The position numbers and the translations under genes are program-made. DNA of 64,000 nt from contig OY820591.1 in assembly GCA_963555985.3 (NCBI GenBank), positions 1,440,001-1,504,000 of the forward strand, in the 5' to 3' direction. Shown piece after piece: positions 9,396 to 19,141 of the stretch. This stretch comes from Dehalococcoidia bacterium. GTDB lineage: Bacteria; Chloroflexota; Dehalococcoidia; Bin125. The notes beneath the pieces were generated by a model that had not been told where the DNA came from, made no database searches, and saw nothing but the letters and a program-made list of their open reading frames with translations. Positions within the stretch are counted from its first letter, which is position 1. Every line of letters begins with the position of its first letter.

Positions 9396-11942
9396 TCACG
9401 GTTTGGTTGGAGAGCGGCGGCTTGCGGTGCGGCGAGCGCGACGGGTTCGACGGGGGGCCTTCGGCTCGGCGAGTAGTGCGAGGGCGCGGTCGAGGCCGAT
9501 CGTTTCGAGGTCGTCCTCGTCCTTCAGGTTTCGCCGTTCGTCGCCGGATTGCACGTAGGGGCCCCAGCGGCCCGGTCTGACGACGACTTCCTCGTTTGTG
9601 TCTGGGTGTCGGCCCAGGCTTTTGGGCCAACGGAGCCATTCGATCGCGTCTTCGAGCGTGACGTCTTCCAGTTCCATGGATTTCGGTACGGAAGCGCGTC
9701 GCGGTTTGGGGGCTTTGCGGCTGCGGGGGGACTCTCCCACTTGGACGAACGGCCCGAAGCGGCCGTTGAGCAGCCAGACGTCATCGTCGTAGTCGGGATG
9801 GCGGCCGAGCTTTCGCGGTAGTTCCTGTGCGCTGTCGAGCAGCTCGGCGGCGTGACTCAGGGTCAGCTCGGCCGGCGCGAGATCGGGCGTGAGGGGGGCA
9901 GTTCGCGCATTCTCACCGGCGCCCCGGCGGAGGAACGAGGAGCCGCTGCGGACGCGCACCTGGATATCGTTTGGGCCGACGTGATCGTCGCCGTTCGGGG
10001 CTAGTCGCAAGCCGTCCTCGGTGAGATCGAGCGCCCAGAAGGGGATCGTTGAGATCTTCTCCGCCACGCGCGTTTTCAAGCCTTCCGAGTCGTCTGCTCC
10101 GAAGTAGAAGTCGCGCAGGTGGGCTTCGGCGTCCGACTCGCCGCGCGCGATCTGGTCGAGGCGGTCTTCCATGTCGGCGGTGAACTCCGCATTGACGAGG
10201 TCGGCGAAGTGCTGGGTGAGCAAGTCGGTGACGGCGAAGCCGAGGAAGGTTGGGATGAGCATGCGTCCTCGGCGGTTGACGTACTCGCGCGCGATCAGGG
10301 TTGCGATGATCGAGGCATAGGTGCTGGGACGGCCGAGTCCGTCTTCCTCCAATTTGCGCACGAGGGAGGCTTCGGTGAAGCGAGGCGGCGGTTGGGACTC
10401 ACTACCCGTCGGGTTGAACTCCTGAAGGGTCGCCAGCTCGCCTTCGCGCAGCTCCGGGAGTAGGTTGGCGTCTCCTCCGCCTCTCGGTCGCAGGACGGCA
10501 TACCAGCCGTCAAAGAGCACGACCTGTCCGTTCGCGCTCATGACGGCCGGGTTGTCTGCGGGCCGGTCCGGGATGGGCGCTTCAATCGTGGCGCGGGTGC
10601 GTTCAACGCGCGCGTCGGCCATCTGGCAGGCGACAGTGCGCCGCCAGATGAGGTCATAGAGCTGGAAGTCATCCTCTTCGAGGAGCGAGCGGAGCGATGC
10701 GGGTGTACGGGTGATGTCGGTGGGGCGGATGGCTTCGTGCGCTTCTTGCGCGTTGCGAGTGCGCGTTCGGTAGGTGCGCCGCTCGTGATAGCTGGGACCG
10801 TACTCGTCGCGAATGAATGACGCGGCCTGCCCGAGCGCTTGATCGGAGAGGGTGACTGAGTCGGTGCGCATATAGGTGATCAGGCCGACTCGCTCGGCCC
10901 CGAGATCTACTCCCTGGTAGAGCCGCTGAGCGGCCGCCATCGTTCGCGCGGCGCCCATCCCCAGTCGATTCGACGCCGCCTGTTGCAGCGTGGAAGTGGT
11001 GAACGGAGGCCGAGGCCGGATGCTCGCTCGCTGCTTGGAGACGGAAGAGACTCGCCAGTTTGCTTGATTGAGGGCCGGCCGCAGCGCTTCGAGCGACTGC
11101 TCGGTCTCCCAGCGCTTTTCGGTCGCCCGAAGTTGTCCGGTGGCCGGATTGAAGTCTGCAGTTGCGCTTGCCAGTTCGGCTCCGCCGAGCGAGTGCAAGC
11201 GTGCGACCAGATCGCCGTGTTCCAGTCGGAAGCGGGCTTCCGCACCCCAATACTCGGCAGAGACGAACGCCATGCGCTCGCGTTCGCGCTCGACGAGGAA
11301 GCGGAGGGCGACGCTCTGCACGCGCCCGGCAGAGGTGCCTTGTCCCAGCTTGCGCCACAAGACCGGCGAGAGCGAGTAGCCGTAGAGCCGATCAAGGATG
11401 CGGCGCGACTCTTGCGCCTCCACGAGCGCCTGATCGATCTGGCGGGGCGATTGGAGCGCTGCCTGAATTGCCGCCGGCGTGATCTCGTGGAACACGATCC
11501 GTTCGTAGGGCACTTTTGGCTTGAGCACTTCGACGAGATGCCAGCCGATCGACTCGCCTTCACGATCTTCGTCGGTTGCAAGGAGGACGCGGTCGGCGTC
11601 TTTGAGTTCCTTGCGGAGGCGGGTGACGTGCTTCTTGGACTCGCTGGGGACGATGTAGTAGGGCTGGAAGCCGTGGTCGACGTCGACGGCGAAGTCGGCC
11701 CAGGGTTGGCCCTTGATTTTGGCCGGTCGCTCGGCGGCGCGGCGGGGGAGGTCGCGGATGTGGCCGAAACAGGCGCTGACGAAGTAATCGTCGTTCAGGA
11801 ATTGACCGATGGTGTCGGCCTTAGCGCCGGATTCGACGATGACGAGGGTCTTGCCGCCCTCCTGCGGAGCGGAGCGCGAACGCCGCGGCGTTGAGCGGCT
11901 TGTTCGTTTGGCCTTCTTGGACGGCGACTTAGCGTCGGGCAT
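9396..11942 (-). CDS. topA: DNA topoisomerase I (type IA) with C-terminal repeats
   Basis: LVIVES, GHIRDLP, LATDEDREGE.I, SAGRVQS, LITYMRTDS, QEAHEAIRPT, GLGRPSTY, C-terminal GRFGP/GRWGP repeats. Confidence 0.97.
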   Translation of the reverse strand: MPDAKSPSKKAKRTSRSTPRRSRSAPQEGGKTLVIVESGAKADTIGQFLNDDYFVSACFGHIRDLPRRAAERPAKIKGQPWADFAVDVDHGFQPYYIVPSESKKHVTRLRKELKDADRVLLATDEDREGESIGWHLVEVLKPKVPYERIVFHEITPAAIQAALQSPRQIDQALVEAQESRRILDRLYGYSLSPVLWRKLGQGTSAGRVQSVALRFLVERERERMAFVSAEYWGAEARFRLEHGDLVARLHSLGGAELASATADFNPATGQLRATEKRWETEQSLEALRPALNQANWRVSSVSKQRASIRPRPPFTTSTLQQAASNRLGMGAARTMAAAQRLYQGVDLGAERVGLITYMRTDSVTLSDQALGQAASFIRDEYGPSYHERRTYRTRTRNAQEAHEAIRPTDITRTPASLRSLLEEDDFQLYDLIWRRTVACQMADARVERTRATIEAPIPDRPADNPAVMSANGQVVLFDGWYAVLRPRGGGDANLLPELREGELATLQEFNPTGSESQPPPRFTEASLVRKLEEDGLGRPSTYASIIATLIAREYVNRRGRMLIPTFLGFAVTDLLTQHFADLVNAEFTADMEDRLDQIARGESDAEAHLRDFYFGADDSEGLKTRVAEKISTIPFWALDLTEDGLRLAPNGDDHVGPNDIQVRVRSGSSFLRRGAGENARTAPLTPDLAPAELTLSHAAELLDSAQELPRKLGRHPDYDDDVWLLNGRFGPFVQVGESPRSRKAPKPRRASVPKSMELEDVTLEDAIEWLRWPKSLGRHPDTNEEVVVRPGRWGPYVQSGDERRNLKDEDDLETIGLDRALALLAEPKAPRRTRRARRTASRRSPTKP

Positions 11943-13035
11943 AGGTCAGTGATCCTACCTCGTGAATCATGCCTTTGAGTTCGAGTGTGGCCAGCGCGGC
12001 GGTCACTTCATGCACTGGCATGTCGGCGGCGCGCGCGAGGAAGTCGACATGGATCGGCTCTGGGCCGATCAGTGCGAGGAGCGCGGCTTCGGTGGGGTCT
12101 TCAGGCAACTGCTCGGTGAGGGTTGCTTGGCGCTCGATCGGGCCAAGCTGCAACTCGCTGGAAATATCGTCAACGCTGGTCACGAGCTTGGCGTGAGCGG
12201 TCTTGATGATCTGGTTCGCGCCTGAACTCTGCGCGGAGGTGATCGGTCCCGGCACGGCAAACACCTCTCGGTTGTAGTCGAGCGCGGAGTTTACGGTATG
12301 CCAGGTTCCCGACTTCTCGCTTGCCTCAGTCACGAGTGTCCCAAGTGTCAGACCGGCGATAATCCGGTTGCGTCGTGGGAAATGCTCCGCGCGCGAGGTT
12401 CGCCCCAGCGGGTATTCCGAGACGATCGCGCCCCCTTGCGCGACAATCCGCTTCGCCAGGTCTTTGTGTTCCGGCGGATACACCTTGTCGAGGCCGCCGG
12501 CAACCACGGCGATCGTACGCGCGCCTCGTTCGAGCGCAGTTTCGTGTGCGATCGCGTCGATACCACGGGCAAGGCCGGAAACGATGGTCAGTCCCGCGTC
12601 AGCCAGCTCCAACGTGAGTTGGCGCGTGACTTGCAGCCCGTACGGGGTTGGCCGCCGAGTTCCGACGATTGCGAGTGACCATTCGTCGCGTTCGCTGAGC
12701 GTTCCACGGACGTACAGCAATGCCGGGGGATCCGGGACCTCGCGGAGTCTGCGCGGATAGCTCGGGTCGTGATGACTGACTGCCGAGAGCCCGGACGCCG
12801 TTACGCGCTCGAGCTCGGCGGCGGGGTCGATCTGGGCTCGGCGTGTTTCCAGTTCGGTGAGGGCGCGTTGGTCAAGTCCGGCCTCGCGCAGAGCGCTGCG
12901 GTCGGCGCTCCAAGCCTCGGCCAGTGAATCGAAGTGCTGTTCGAGCGCAGCCATGCGAACCGGGCCGATTCCGGCGACGAAGGAGAAGGCGACGCGATAG
13001 GCGATGTCGTTGATGGAGGGCACAGCGCACCACAT
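11929..13035 (-). CDS. dprA: DNA-processing protein DprA
   Basis: DPP.LLY.RG, AIVGTR, IVSGLARGID..AH, FPRRNRIIAGL, REVFAVPG, C-terminal winged helix. Confidence 0.96.
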   Translation of the reverse strand: MWCAVPSINDIAYRVAFSFVAGIGPVRMAALEQHFDSLAEAWSADRSALREAGLDQRALTELETRRAQIDPAAELERVTASGLSAVSHHDPSYPRRLREVPDPPALLYVRGTLSERDEWSLAIVGTRRPTPYGLQVTRQLTLELADAGLTIVSGLARGIDAIAHETALERGARTIAVVAGGLDKVYPPEHKDLAKRIVAQGGAIVSEYPLGRTSRAEHFPRRNRIIAGLTLGTLVTEASEKSGTWHTVNSALDYNREVFAVPGPITSAQSSGANQIIKTAHAKLVTSVDDISSELQLGPIERQATLTEQLPEDPTEAALLALIGPEPIHVDFLARAADMPVHEVTAALATLELKGMIHEVGSLTYARR

Positions 13036-14324
13036 TAGGGCGATGCGCCGTTGCTGTCACCTGTATCCGCATGGTGTCCAGGTTCGGCAACGGCCCGAAT
13101 TGCAGCGACGCGGCGGCCGTCCATCTGCTCCACGACCACCGAGAGGCCATCGATCTGGACTGTGTCGCCGACGATGGGGATGCGCCCGAGTCTGTCGAAG
13201 ACGAGGCCGGCGACCGTGTCGAAGTCAGCGGCCTCGATATGTACGCCGAGCTCTTCCAGTGAGGCGAGCGGGGCGCGGCCGTCGAGCATCAGCGCATCGC
13301 CCTCTCGCCGAGCGAGCTGATTCTCCGCTGCGGCGGGATCGTATTCGTCGGCGATTTCGCCAACGATCTCTTCGATCAGATCTTCGAGCGTGATCAGACC
13401 CGCTGTGCCTCCGTATTCGTCGAGGACGATCGCCAAGTGCACGCGTTCTTGCTGGAACTCGGTCAGGAGATCGTCGATCCGAGTGGATTCGGGAACGAAC
13501 ATTGGCTCGCGGGCGATCTTGGTGATCGGTAGGTGGGTTTCCTTCAGGATTTCGCGCAGGAGGTCCTTGGCGTAGAGAATTCCGATGACGTGGTCGACGG
13601 AGTCGGTGTAGATCGGAACGCGAGAGAAGCCGTATTCCAGCGCGTAACGGGCGGCCTTGTCGAGCGCCGTGTCGGCCGGTAGCGCGGCGATATCGGGGCG
13701 CGGAGTCATCGCTTCGCGCACCACACGGTCGCCGATCGTCATCACGCCGCGAATCATTGCGCGTTCGTCTTCTTCGAGGGCCTCGGGCTCGTGCTCGATC
13801 AGCACTTCGATGTCGGTCGGTTGGGGGGCGACACCGCGATAGCGTTGGCTGAGGCCGGTGACCATTCGCGCGGGCGCTTCGAGGATGGCCGCCGGAATCA
13901 GGAAGGCGGTATCGAGTAGGTCGATGGCGCGGACGAAGTTGAGCGCGAAGGCTTCGGGCCAGGTCGCGGCGAGGCGTCGGGGGATTGAGTGCATGAGCGC
14001 CGCCAAGATCGCGCCGATTCCACCGGTGAGCACCATCGTTTCCCAGCGGAAGCCGGTTTCCCGAAGCACGATGTAGAAAGCGGCTGTAAAGGCGGCGGCG
14101 ACGGCGACGCTGCGACCGACCGCGAATGATCCGAGCGCTCGTTCGCGATCTTGAGTGATTTTCTGTAGTCGCTGCGCGCGTGGATTGTCCGGCGCTCTGC
14201 TCGCGAGCAGTCGCGCACGCGAGCGGCTCAGGCTGATCACGCCGGCCTCGGCGATCGTCTCCAGCGCAAGCAAGGCCACCGACAGGATCAGAAACACGAG
14301 GGCGATGATTGAGCTCTCGCTCAT
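13035..14324 (-). CDS. HlyC/CorC family transporter (DUF21 + CBS pair + CorC domain)
   Basis: N-terminal TM helices, [53 protein letters not shown]. Confidence 0.92.
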   Translation of the reverse strand: MSESSIIALVFLILSVALLALETIAEAGVISLSRSRARLLASRAPDNPRAQRLQKITQDRERALGSFAVGRSVAVAAAFTAAFYIVLRETGFRWETMVLTGGIGAILAALMHSIPRRLAATWPEAFALNFVRAIDLLDTAFLIPAAILEAPARMVTGLSQRYRGVAPQPTDIEVLIEHEPEALEEDERAMIRGVMTIGDRVVREAMTPRPDIAALPADTALDKAARYALEYGFSRVPIYTDSVDHVIGILYAKDLLREILKETHLPITKIAREPMFVPESTRIDDLLTEFQQERVHLAIVLDEYGGTAGLITLEDLIEEIVGEIADEYDPAAAENQLARREGDALMLDGRAPLASLEELGVHIEAADFDTVAGLVFDRLGRIPIVGDTVQIDGLSVVVEQMDGRRVAAIRAVAEPGHHADTGDSNGASP

Positions 14325-15760
14325 CGCGACGCCTCCGATCCGGTCTGGCCTCGTTGGCGTTTCGCTCGGCCCGCGGGGGTTGCTCGTGCGGGCGACCCGA
14401 CGACATTGGCGTCAGGCGACACGTCTTTCGTGACCACCGATCCCGCGCCCGTTCGCGCGCGTGCTCCAACGTTGATTGGGGCGACGAGCATCGTGTCAGA
14501 GCCGATGAATGCATCTTCGCCGATACGGGTTTGGTGCTTGATCGCGCCATCGAAGTTGCAGGTGATCGCGCCGGCTCCGATGTTCGTGCGCGCGCCCACA
14601 TCACAGTCTCCGAGGTAGGAAAAGTGGCCAACCTGGACTCCTGCGCCGAGGCGGGCGTTCTTGAGTTCGGCGTGGGTACCAATGTGGACATGTTCGCCAA
14701 GCTCGCAGCCGGGGCGAATCGTGCTGTAGGGGCCGACTTCGACGTGATTGGCGAGCGTTGAGCCGCGCACCGTGCAGGACTCGAGCACGCAGGACTCGCC
14801 GGCGGTTGAGTCTTCGAGGACGGCCGCCGGCCCGATTCGCGTTCGGCTTGCGATGGCGGTGCGTCCTCGGATATGCGACCCGGGTTCGATCACAACGCCT
14901 TGTTCGATCTGCGCTCGTGCGTCGATCCAGACAGCGGCCGGGTCCACGATGCGCACGCCATCGGCGAGTAAGCGACGGCAGATTCGTCGTCGCAGGGCCG
15001 CTTCGGCGTCGGCGGCGTCCGACAGGTTTTCGACGTTGAGCCGGCCGTCGGGCAGGGGAACGCTGACGGCATGTGCGACACCGAGTTCGGCCGCGACTGC
15101 AACAGCGTCGGTGACGTAACGCTCGGGAACATCCTCGCAGCGGGACGGGAGTCGAGTCAGGGCGCGCCAGAGAAACTCTCCCTCGAATCGATAGACGCCG
15201 ACGTTCACTTCTCGGAGTTGGCGTTGTTCTTCAGTTGCTTCGCGCCATTCGACGATGGCGCGGAGCTGATTCTCGTGTCCGCGCACGATTCTTCCCATTC
15301 GCGCTGGATCATCGACTACGGCAGTGAGCACGTTGGCGGCGCGCCGTTCGGCGCGAAGGAGCGGGATCAGTTGACCGGGGGAGACAAGTGCAAGGTCGCC
15401 GTTGATGACGAGTATCTCTTCGGCGTCGTGGACGTATGGTCGCGCGCAGAGGGCTGCGTCCGCTGTGCCAAGGGGGAGCGGCTGGGTTGCGAAGGTCAAT
15501 TCAAGCGCGTCCGGTGCGTCTGCGACTGTTTCTGTGCGGATTTCGTCTCCGACGCTCCCGGCTGGAACTATGACCACTGCGTGGCAGACACCGCTCTGGG
15601 CCAGGGCATGAAGCACGTGAGAGGCGATTGCGCGCCCGCAGAGAGGGTGTAAGACCTTGGGCCGGTCGCTGTGCATTCGTGTGCCTCGCCCGGCGGCGAG
15701 GACCACAGCGGTGGGTGTTTGGGTCGGGTCGGGTTCTGGTGGGTCGTCTTCGGTCTGCAA
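14321..15760 (-). CDS. glmU: Bifunctional UDP-N-acetylglucosamine pyrophosphorylase / glucosamine-1-phosphate acetyltransferase
   Basis: LAAGRGTRM.S..PKVLH, LGTADA, hexapeptide repeats, H.SYLGD, NIGAG.ITCNFDG..KH.T, FIGSD. Confidence 0.95.
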   Translation of the reverse strand: MQTEDDPPEPDPTQTPTAVVLAAGRGTRMHSDRPKVLHPLCGRAIASHVLHALAQSGVCHAVVIVPAGSVGDEIRTETVADAPDALELTFATQPLPLGTADAALCARPYVHDAEEILVINGDLALVSPGQLIPLLRAERRAANVLTAVVDDPARMGRIVRGHENQLRAIVEWREATEEQRQLREVNVGVYRFEGEFLWRALTRLPSRCEDVPERYVTDAVAVAAELGVAHAVSVPLPDGRLNVENLSDAADAEAALRRRICRRLLADGVRIVDPAAVWIDARAQIEQGVVIEPGSHIRGRTAIASRTRIGPAAVLEDSTAGESCVLESCTVRGSTLANHVEVGPYSTIRPGCELGEHVHIGTHAELKNARLGAGVQVGHFSYLGDCDVGARTNIGAGAITCNFDGAIKHQTRIGEDAFIGSDTMLVAPINVGARARTGAGSVVTKDVSPDANVVGSPARATPAGRAKRQRGQTGSEASR

Positions 15761-15808
15761 ACCGAACTCCGGCTATCCACACCAACGGCGTCTGCGCTGT
15801 GTCGAATC

Positions 15809-15888
15809 ACGCTAGGGAGGCGACTTGCGGAGTGTCAACCGGCGCGCCGGTTGACGGCCTTATTCGCTCATGTACGCAGGCATATACT
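15809..15888. promoter_or_regulatory. Divergent glmU/alaS promoter region with a 22-bp palindrome
   Basis: GTCAACCGGCGCGCCGGTTGAC at 15834-15855. Minus strand TTGACA-18-TAGCGT; plus strand TTGACG followed by TACGCA and TATACT. Confidence 0.55.
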
Positions 15889-15967
15889 TGCTGACTGAGG
15901 TCGTGTTTGGGGCGGCTAGGCGTCTCGCGCGGCCGATTCCGCCATTCACCGCAGCGAAGTGCGTGCC

Positions 15968-18625
15968 ATGGACGCTCAGACGATCCGACAGACGTTTACC
16001 GATTTCTTCGTCGAACGAGACCATCTCTCCGTTGCGAGCGCGCCCCTCACTGCTCCGGGCGACCCGACCTTGCTCTTCACCAGCGCGGGCATGGTGCCGT
16101 TCAAGCCGTACTTTCTCGGCGAAGCGCAGCCGCCGCACCACCGCCTTACGTCGATCCAGAAATGCTTCCGCACGACGGACATTGACGAAGTGGGCGATGC
16201 CTCGCATCTGACGATGTTCGAGATGCTGGGGAACTTCTCGCTGGGCGACTACTTCAAGGCTGAAGCGCAGGCTTGGGCTTGGGAGTTGGTCACCGACGTG
16301 ATCGGGATTCCCCCTGAGCGGCTGGTCGCGACGGTGTTCACGGACGACGATTTCGCCTACGACCAGTGGAAGAAGATTGGGTTGTCGGACTCGAAGATCT
16401 ATCGCTATGGCGAGGATCAGGGGAATTTCTGGGCGGCGGGACCGACTGGCCCGTGCGGGCCATGTTCGGAGTTGCACTACGACATGCGGCCTGGATATCG
16501 CGAAGGGACAGGACCAGCAGAGGCGGAGGAGAAGTGGCTGGAGATCTGGAACCTGGTCTTCATGCAGTGGACCCGATTCGACGACGGCACGCGCGCGGAT
16601 CTCCCGGCGCAGAGCATCGATACGGGCGCCGGCCTCGAGCGCTGGGCGATGATGCTTCAGGACCAGGACAACCTCTACGACACCGATCTGTTCGCCCCCT
16701 TGCTCGACTACATCGGCGCGCGCTGCGATCTGGAGTACCACTCTGCCGACGAGGCTCAACGCCGTGCGATGCGCGTTGTCGCCGAGCACGGCAGGGCGAC
16801 GACCTTCCTCGTCGCTGACGGCGCGATTCCGGGGAACGAGGGTCGCGGCTATGTGCTGCGGCGGTTGATTCGGCGAGCGCTCTACATGGCCGATTCACTC
16901 GGGATTGAGGACGACCTGCTGTCAGATCTGGCGATCCATGTTCGTGGGGTGATGGGAGCCTGGTATCCGGAACTGGACGAACATGCCGCGCTGGTCGCCA
17001 ATGTGCTGGACCAGGAGGAGCATCGCTTCCGGCGGACGCTCTCGACCGGCCGGACGCTGTTGGAGGGACGAATTGCGAAGCTGGGCGCCGAATCCATCAG
17101 CGGTGCGGATGCGTTCGAGCTATACGACACCTATGGGTTGCCGTTTGAGGTCACAGCAGAAGTCGCGCGAGAGAACGACGCGCTTGATGACGAGGAGCGG
17201 GTGCGCGCTGAGTTCGAGTCGGCGCTTGAGGAGCAGCGCGAACGCTCGCGCCAACAGGCGACGTTTGCCTATGACGAAGATGCTGCCCGTTATGCGGAGC
17301 TTGACATTGCGACTGAATTTGCTGGCTACGAGTCCATCGAGGTTAGGGCGGAGATCGTCGCGATCGTTGCCGATGGCGAGCGCGTGGCGCGGGCGTCAGC
17401 TGGTGAAGATGTGAGTGTGGTGCTTGACCGCACATCGTTCTATCCGGAAGGCGGCGGACAGGTCGGCGATACCGGATGGCTGCGGGGCGACGACTCGCAG
17501 GTTGACGTTTCGGATACACGCGCGTTCGGGGATGTGATTGCGCATGTTGGCAAGGTCGTATCAGGCGGTATCTCGGTTGGCGACCGGATTTCAGCGACAG
17601 TGAGCCGCGCACGACGCGCCGACGCAGCTCGGAACCACACAGCGACGCACCTCCTGCACGCGGCCTTGCGCACAGTGCTGGGCGACCACGTGCGTCAGGC
17701 CGGTTCGCTGGTCGCGCCCGATCATCTGCGCTTCGACTACACGCAGCCGGAGGCTCCGAGTCCCGGCGAGCTGCGCCAAGTGCAGCAGCTCGTACAGGAG
17801 CGAATTCGGGAGAACATTCCGGTGAATACGGAGGAGATGGCGTACGAAGACGCGCTCAAGACGGGCGCGATGGCGATCTTCGGTGAGAAGTATGAGACGG
17901 CGGTCCGGGTCGTCGAGATCTGCGATCCCGCGCCGCACGTGCACGACTGTTTCAGCAAGGAGCTCTGCGGTGGGACGCACGCGCCGGCGACAGGCTTTGT
18001 GGGCGCATTCCAGATCATTTCCGAGAGCAGTGTCGGCGCGGGCGTTCGCCGCATTGAGGCGCTGACCGGCGGTACCGCGTCACAGTGGACGGACGAACGG
18101 CTCGACACGTTGTCAGAAATCGCCGGAGCCTTCCGCGCAACTCCCGATACAGTCTCGGATCGAATTGACCAGCTCAGGACTGAGTTGAACGAGATGCGAC
18201 GCCGCTTGCAGGCAGTCGAGGCGAAAACAGGTGCAACAACAGCCGAAGCATTGGCCTCAGCTGCCGTCAATGTCGACGGCGTCGCTGTGGCCGCCGGACG
18301 GGTCGCGGTGGAATCAGCCGACGCGCTGCGGCGAGCAGGAGACGAGGTTCGGCGACAGCTGCTCGCGGGCGGCTCGGAAGGCGCGATCGTGCTCGGCGCA
18401 GAGGCGAACGGGCGGCCGCTTTTCGTCGCGATGGCGACTTCGGGGGCAGTTGAACGGGGCGTCAACGCCGGACGCCTGATCGGCGGAATCGCTCGTATCA
18501 CAGGCGGCGGCGGCGGCGGCAAGCCCGATATGGCGCAGGCCGGAGGCAGAGACGCTTCTAAGCTGGACGAAGCGTTGGCAGCCGCGGTTGACGCGGTCCG
18601 TTCGCAGCTGGGAGTCGCAGACTGA
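15968..18625 (+). CDS. alaS: Alanine--tRNA ligase
   Basis: DPTLLFTSAGMVPFK, FEMLGNFS.GDYFK, GPCGPCSE, IDTGAGLER, GYVLRRLIRRA, NHTATHLLH, ELCGGTH, GGGGGKPDMAQAGG. ATG 15968 preferred as start. Confidence 0.98.
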   Translation: MDAQTIRQTFTDFFVERDHLSVASAPLTAPGDPTLLFTSAGMVPFKPYFLGEAQPPHHRLTSIQKCFRTTDIDEVGDASHLTMFEMLGNFSLGDYFKAEAQAWAWELVTDVIGIPPERLVATVFTDDDFAYDQWKKIGLSDSKIYRYGEDQGNFWAAGPTGPCGPCSELHYDMRPGYREGTGPAEAEEKWLEIWNLVFMQWTRFDDGTRADLPAQSIDTGAGLERWAMMLQDQDNLYDTDLFAPLLDYIGARCDLEYHSADEAQRRAMRVVAEHGRATTFLVADGAIPGNEGRGYVLRRLIRRALYMADSLGIEDDLLSDLAIHVRGVMGAWYPELDEHAALVANVLDQEEHRFRRTLSTGRTLLEGRIAKLGAESISGADAFELYDTYGLPFEVTAEVARENDALDDEERVRAEFESALEEQRERSRQQATFAYDEDAARYAELDIATEFAGYESIEVRAEIVAIVADGERVARASAGEDVSVVLDRTSFYPEGGGQVGDTGWLRGDDSQVDVSDTRAFGDVIAHVGKVVSGGISVGDRISATVSRARRADAARNHTATHLLHAALRTVLGDHVRQAGSLVAPDHLRFDYTQPEAPSPGELRQVQQLVQERIRENIPVNTEEMAYEDALKTGAMAIFGEKYETAVRVVEICDPAPHVHDCFSKELCGGTHAPATGFVGAFQIISESSVGAGVRRIEALTGGTASQWTDERLDTLSEIAGAFRATPDTVSDRIDQLRTELNEMRRRLQAVEAKTGATTAEALASAAVNVDGVAVAAGRVAVESADALRRAGDEVRRQLLAGGSEGAIVLGAEANGRPLFVAMATSGAVERGVNAGRLIGGIARITGGGGGGKPDMAQAGGRDASKLDEALAAAVDAVRSQLGVAD

Positions 18626-18628
18626 GCC

Positions 18629-19141
18629 GTGGCTGTTACGTGTCTGATTGGACTGGATCCGGGCGAACGCTGGATCGGCGTTGCCCGGGCTGCGCAGGAT
18701 TCTTCGCTTGCGCTGCCTGTCGGCACGATCGACCGGGCAGCTGTCGGCGGAGCTCCCGAAGCAGTCGCTCAGGCGCTGCGGTCAATGTTGGGCGGAGATA
18801 CGGTGGCTGCGATCATCGTGGGAGCGCCACTGCGGCCTGACCATGCGGAAGACGCCCAAGCTGCGGCCTTCCGTGCCTTCGGTGAGAGTGTCGCTGCTGC
18901 GGTGGGTGTCGAGTGCTTCGCGCAGAACGAACGCTTTACGAGTGTGGAAAGGGAGTTCCCATCAAGCACGCCCCGCAGGCAGCGCGACCGCAAGGCTCGA
19001 CGTCCTGGGGGTAAGAGCGCGTCGCGTCGGCGACGCGAGCGGGAACGCTCACATGCGGCCGCGGCCGCACGAATATTGCAGCGATGGTTGGATGAACAAG
19101 GCGCTCGGACGCAGCCGAGCAGGGCGGGCGGAGGCTGGTGA
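18629..19141 (+). CDS. ruvX: YqgF/RuvX pre-16S rRNA nuclease family protein
   Basis: IGLDPGERWIGVA, IIVGAP, NERFTS, AAARILQRWL; conserved alaS-ruvX-mltG order. Confidence 0.85.
   Translation: MAVTCLIGLDPGERWIGVARAAQDSSLALPVGTIDRAAVGGAPEAVAQALRSMLGGDTVAAIIVGAPLRPDHAEDAQAAAFRAFGESVAAAVGVECFAQNERFTSVEREFPSSTPRRQRDRKARRPGGKSASRRRRERERSHAAAAARILQRWLDEQGARTQPSRAGGGW

Noticed and set aside
15890-15967. T-box riboswitch upstream of alaS (also considered for pheS and thrS)
   Set aside because: Leaders are too short and I found no T-box consensus.
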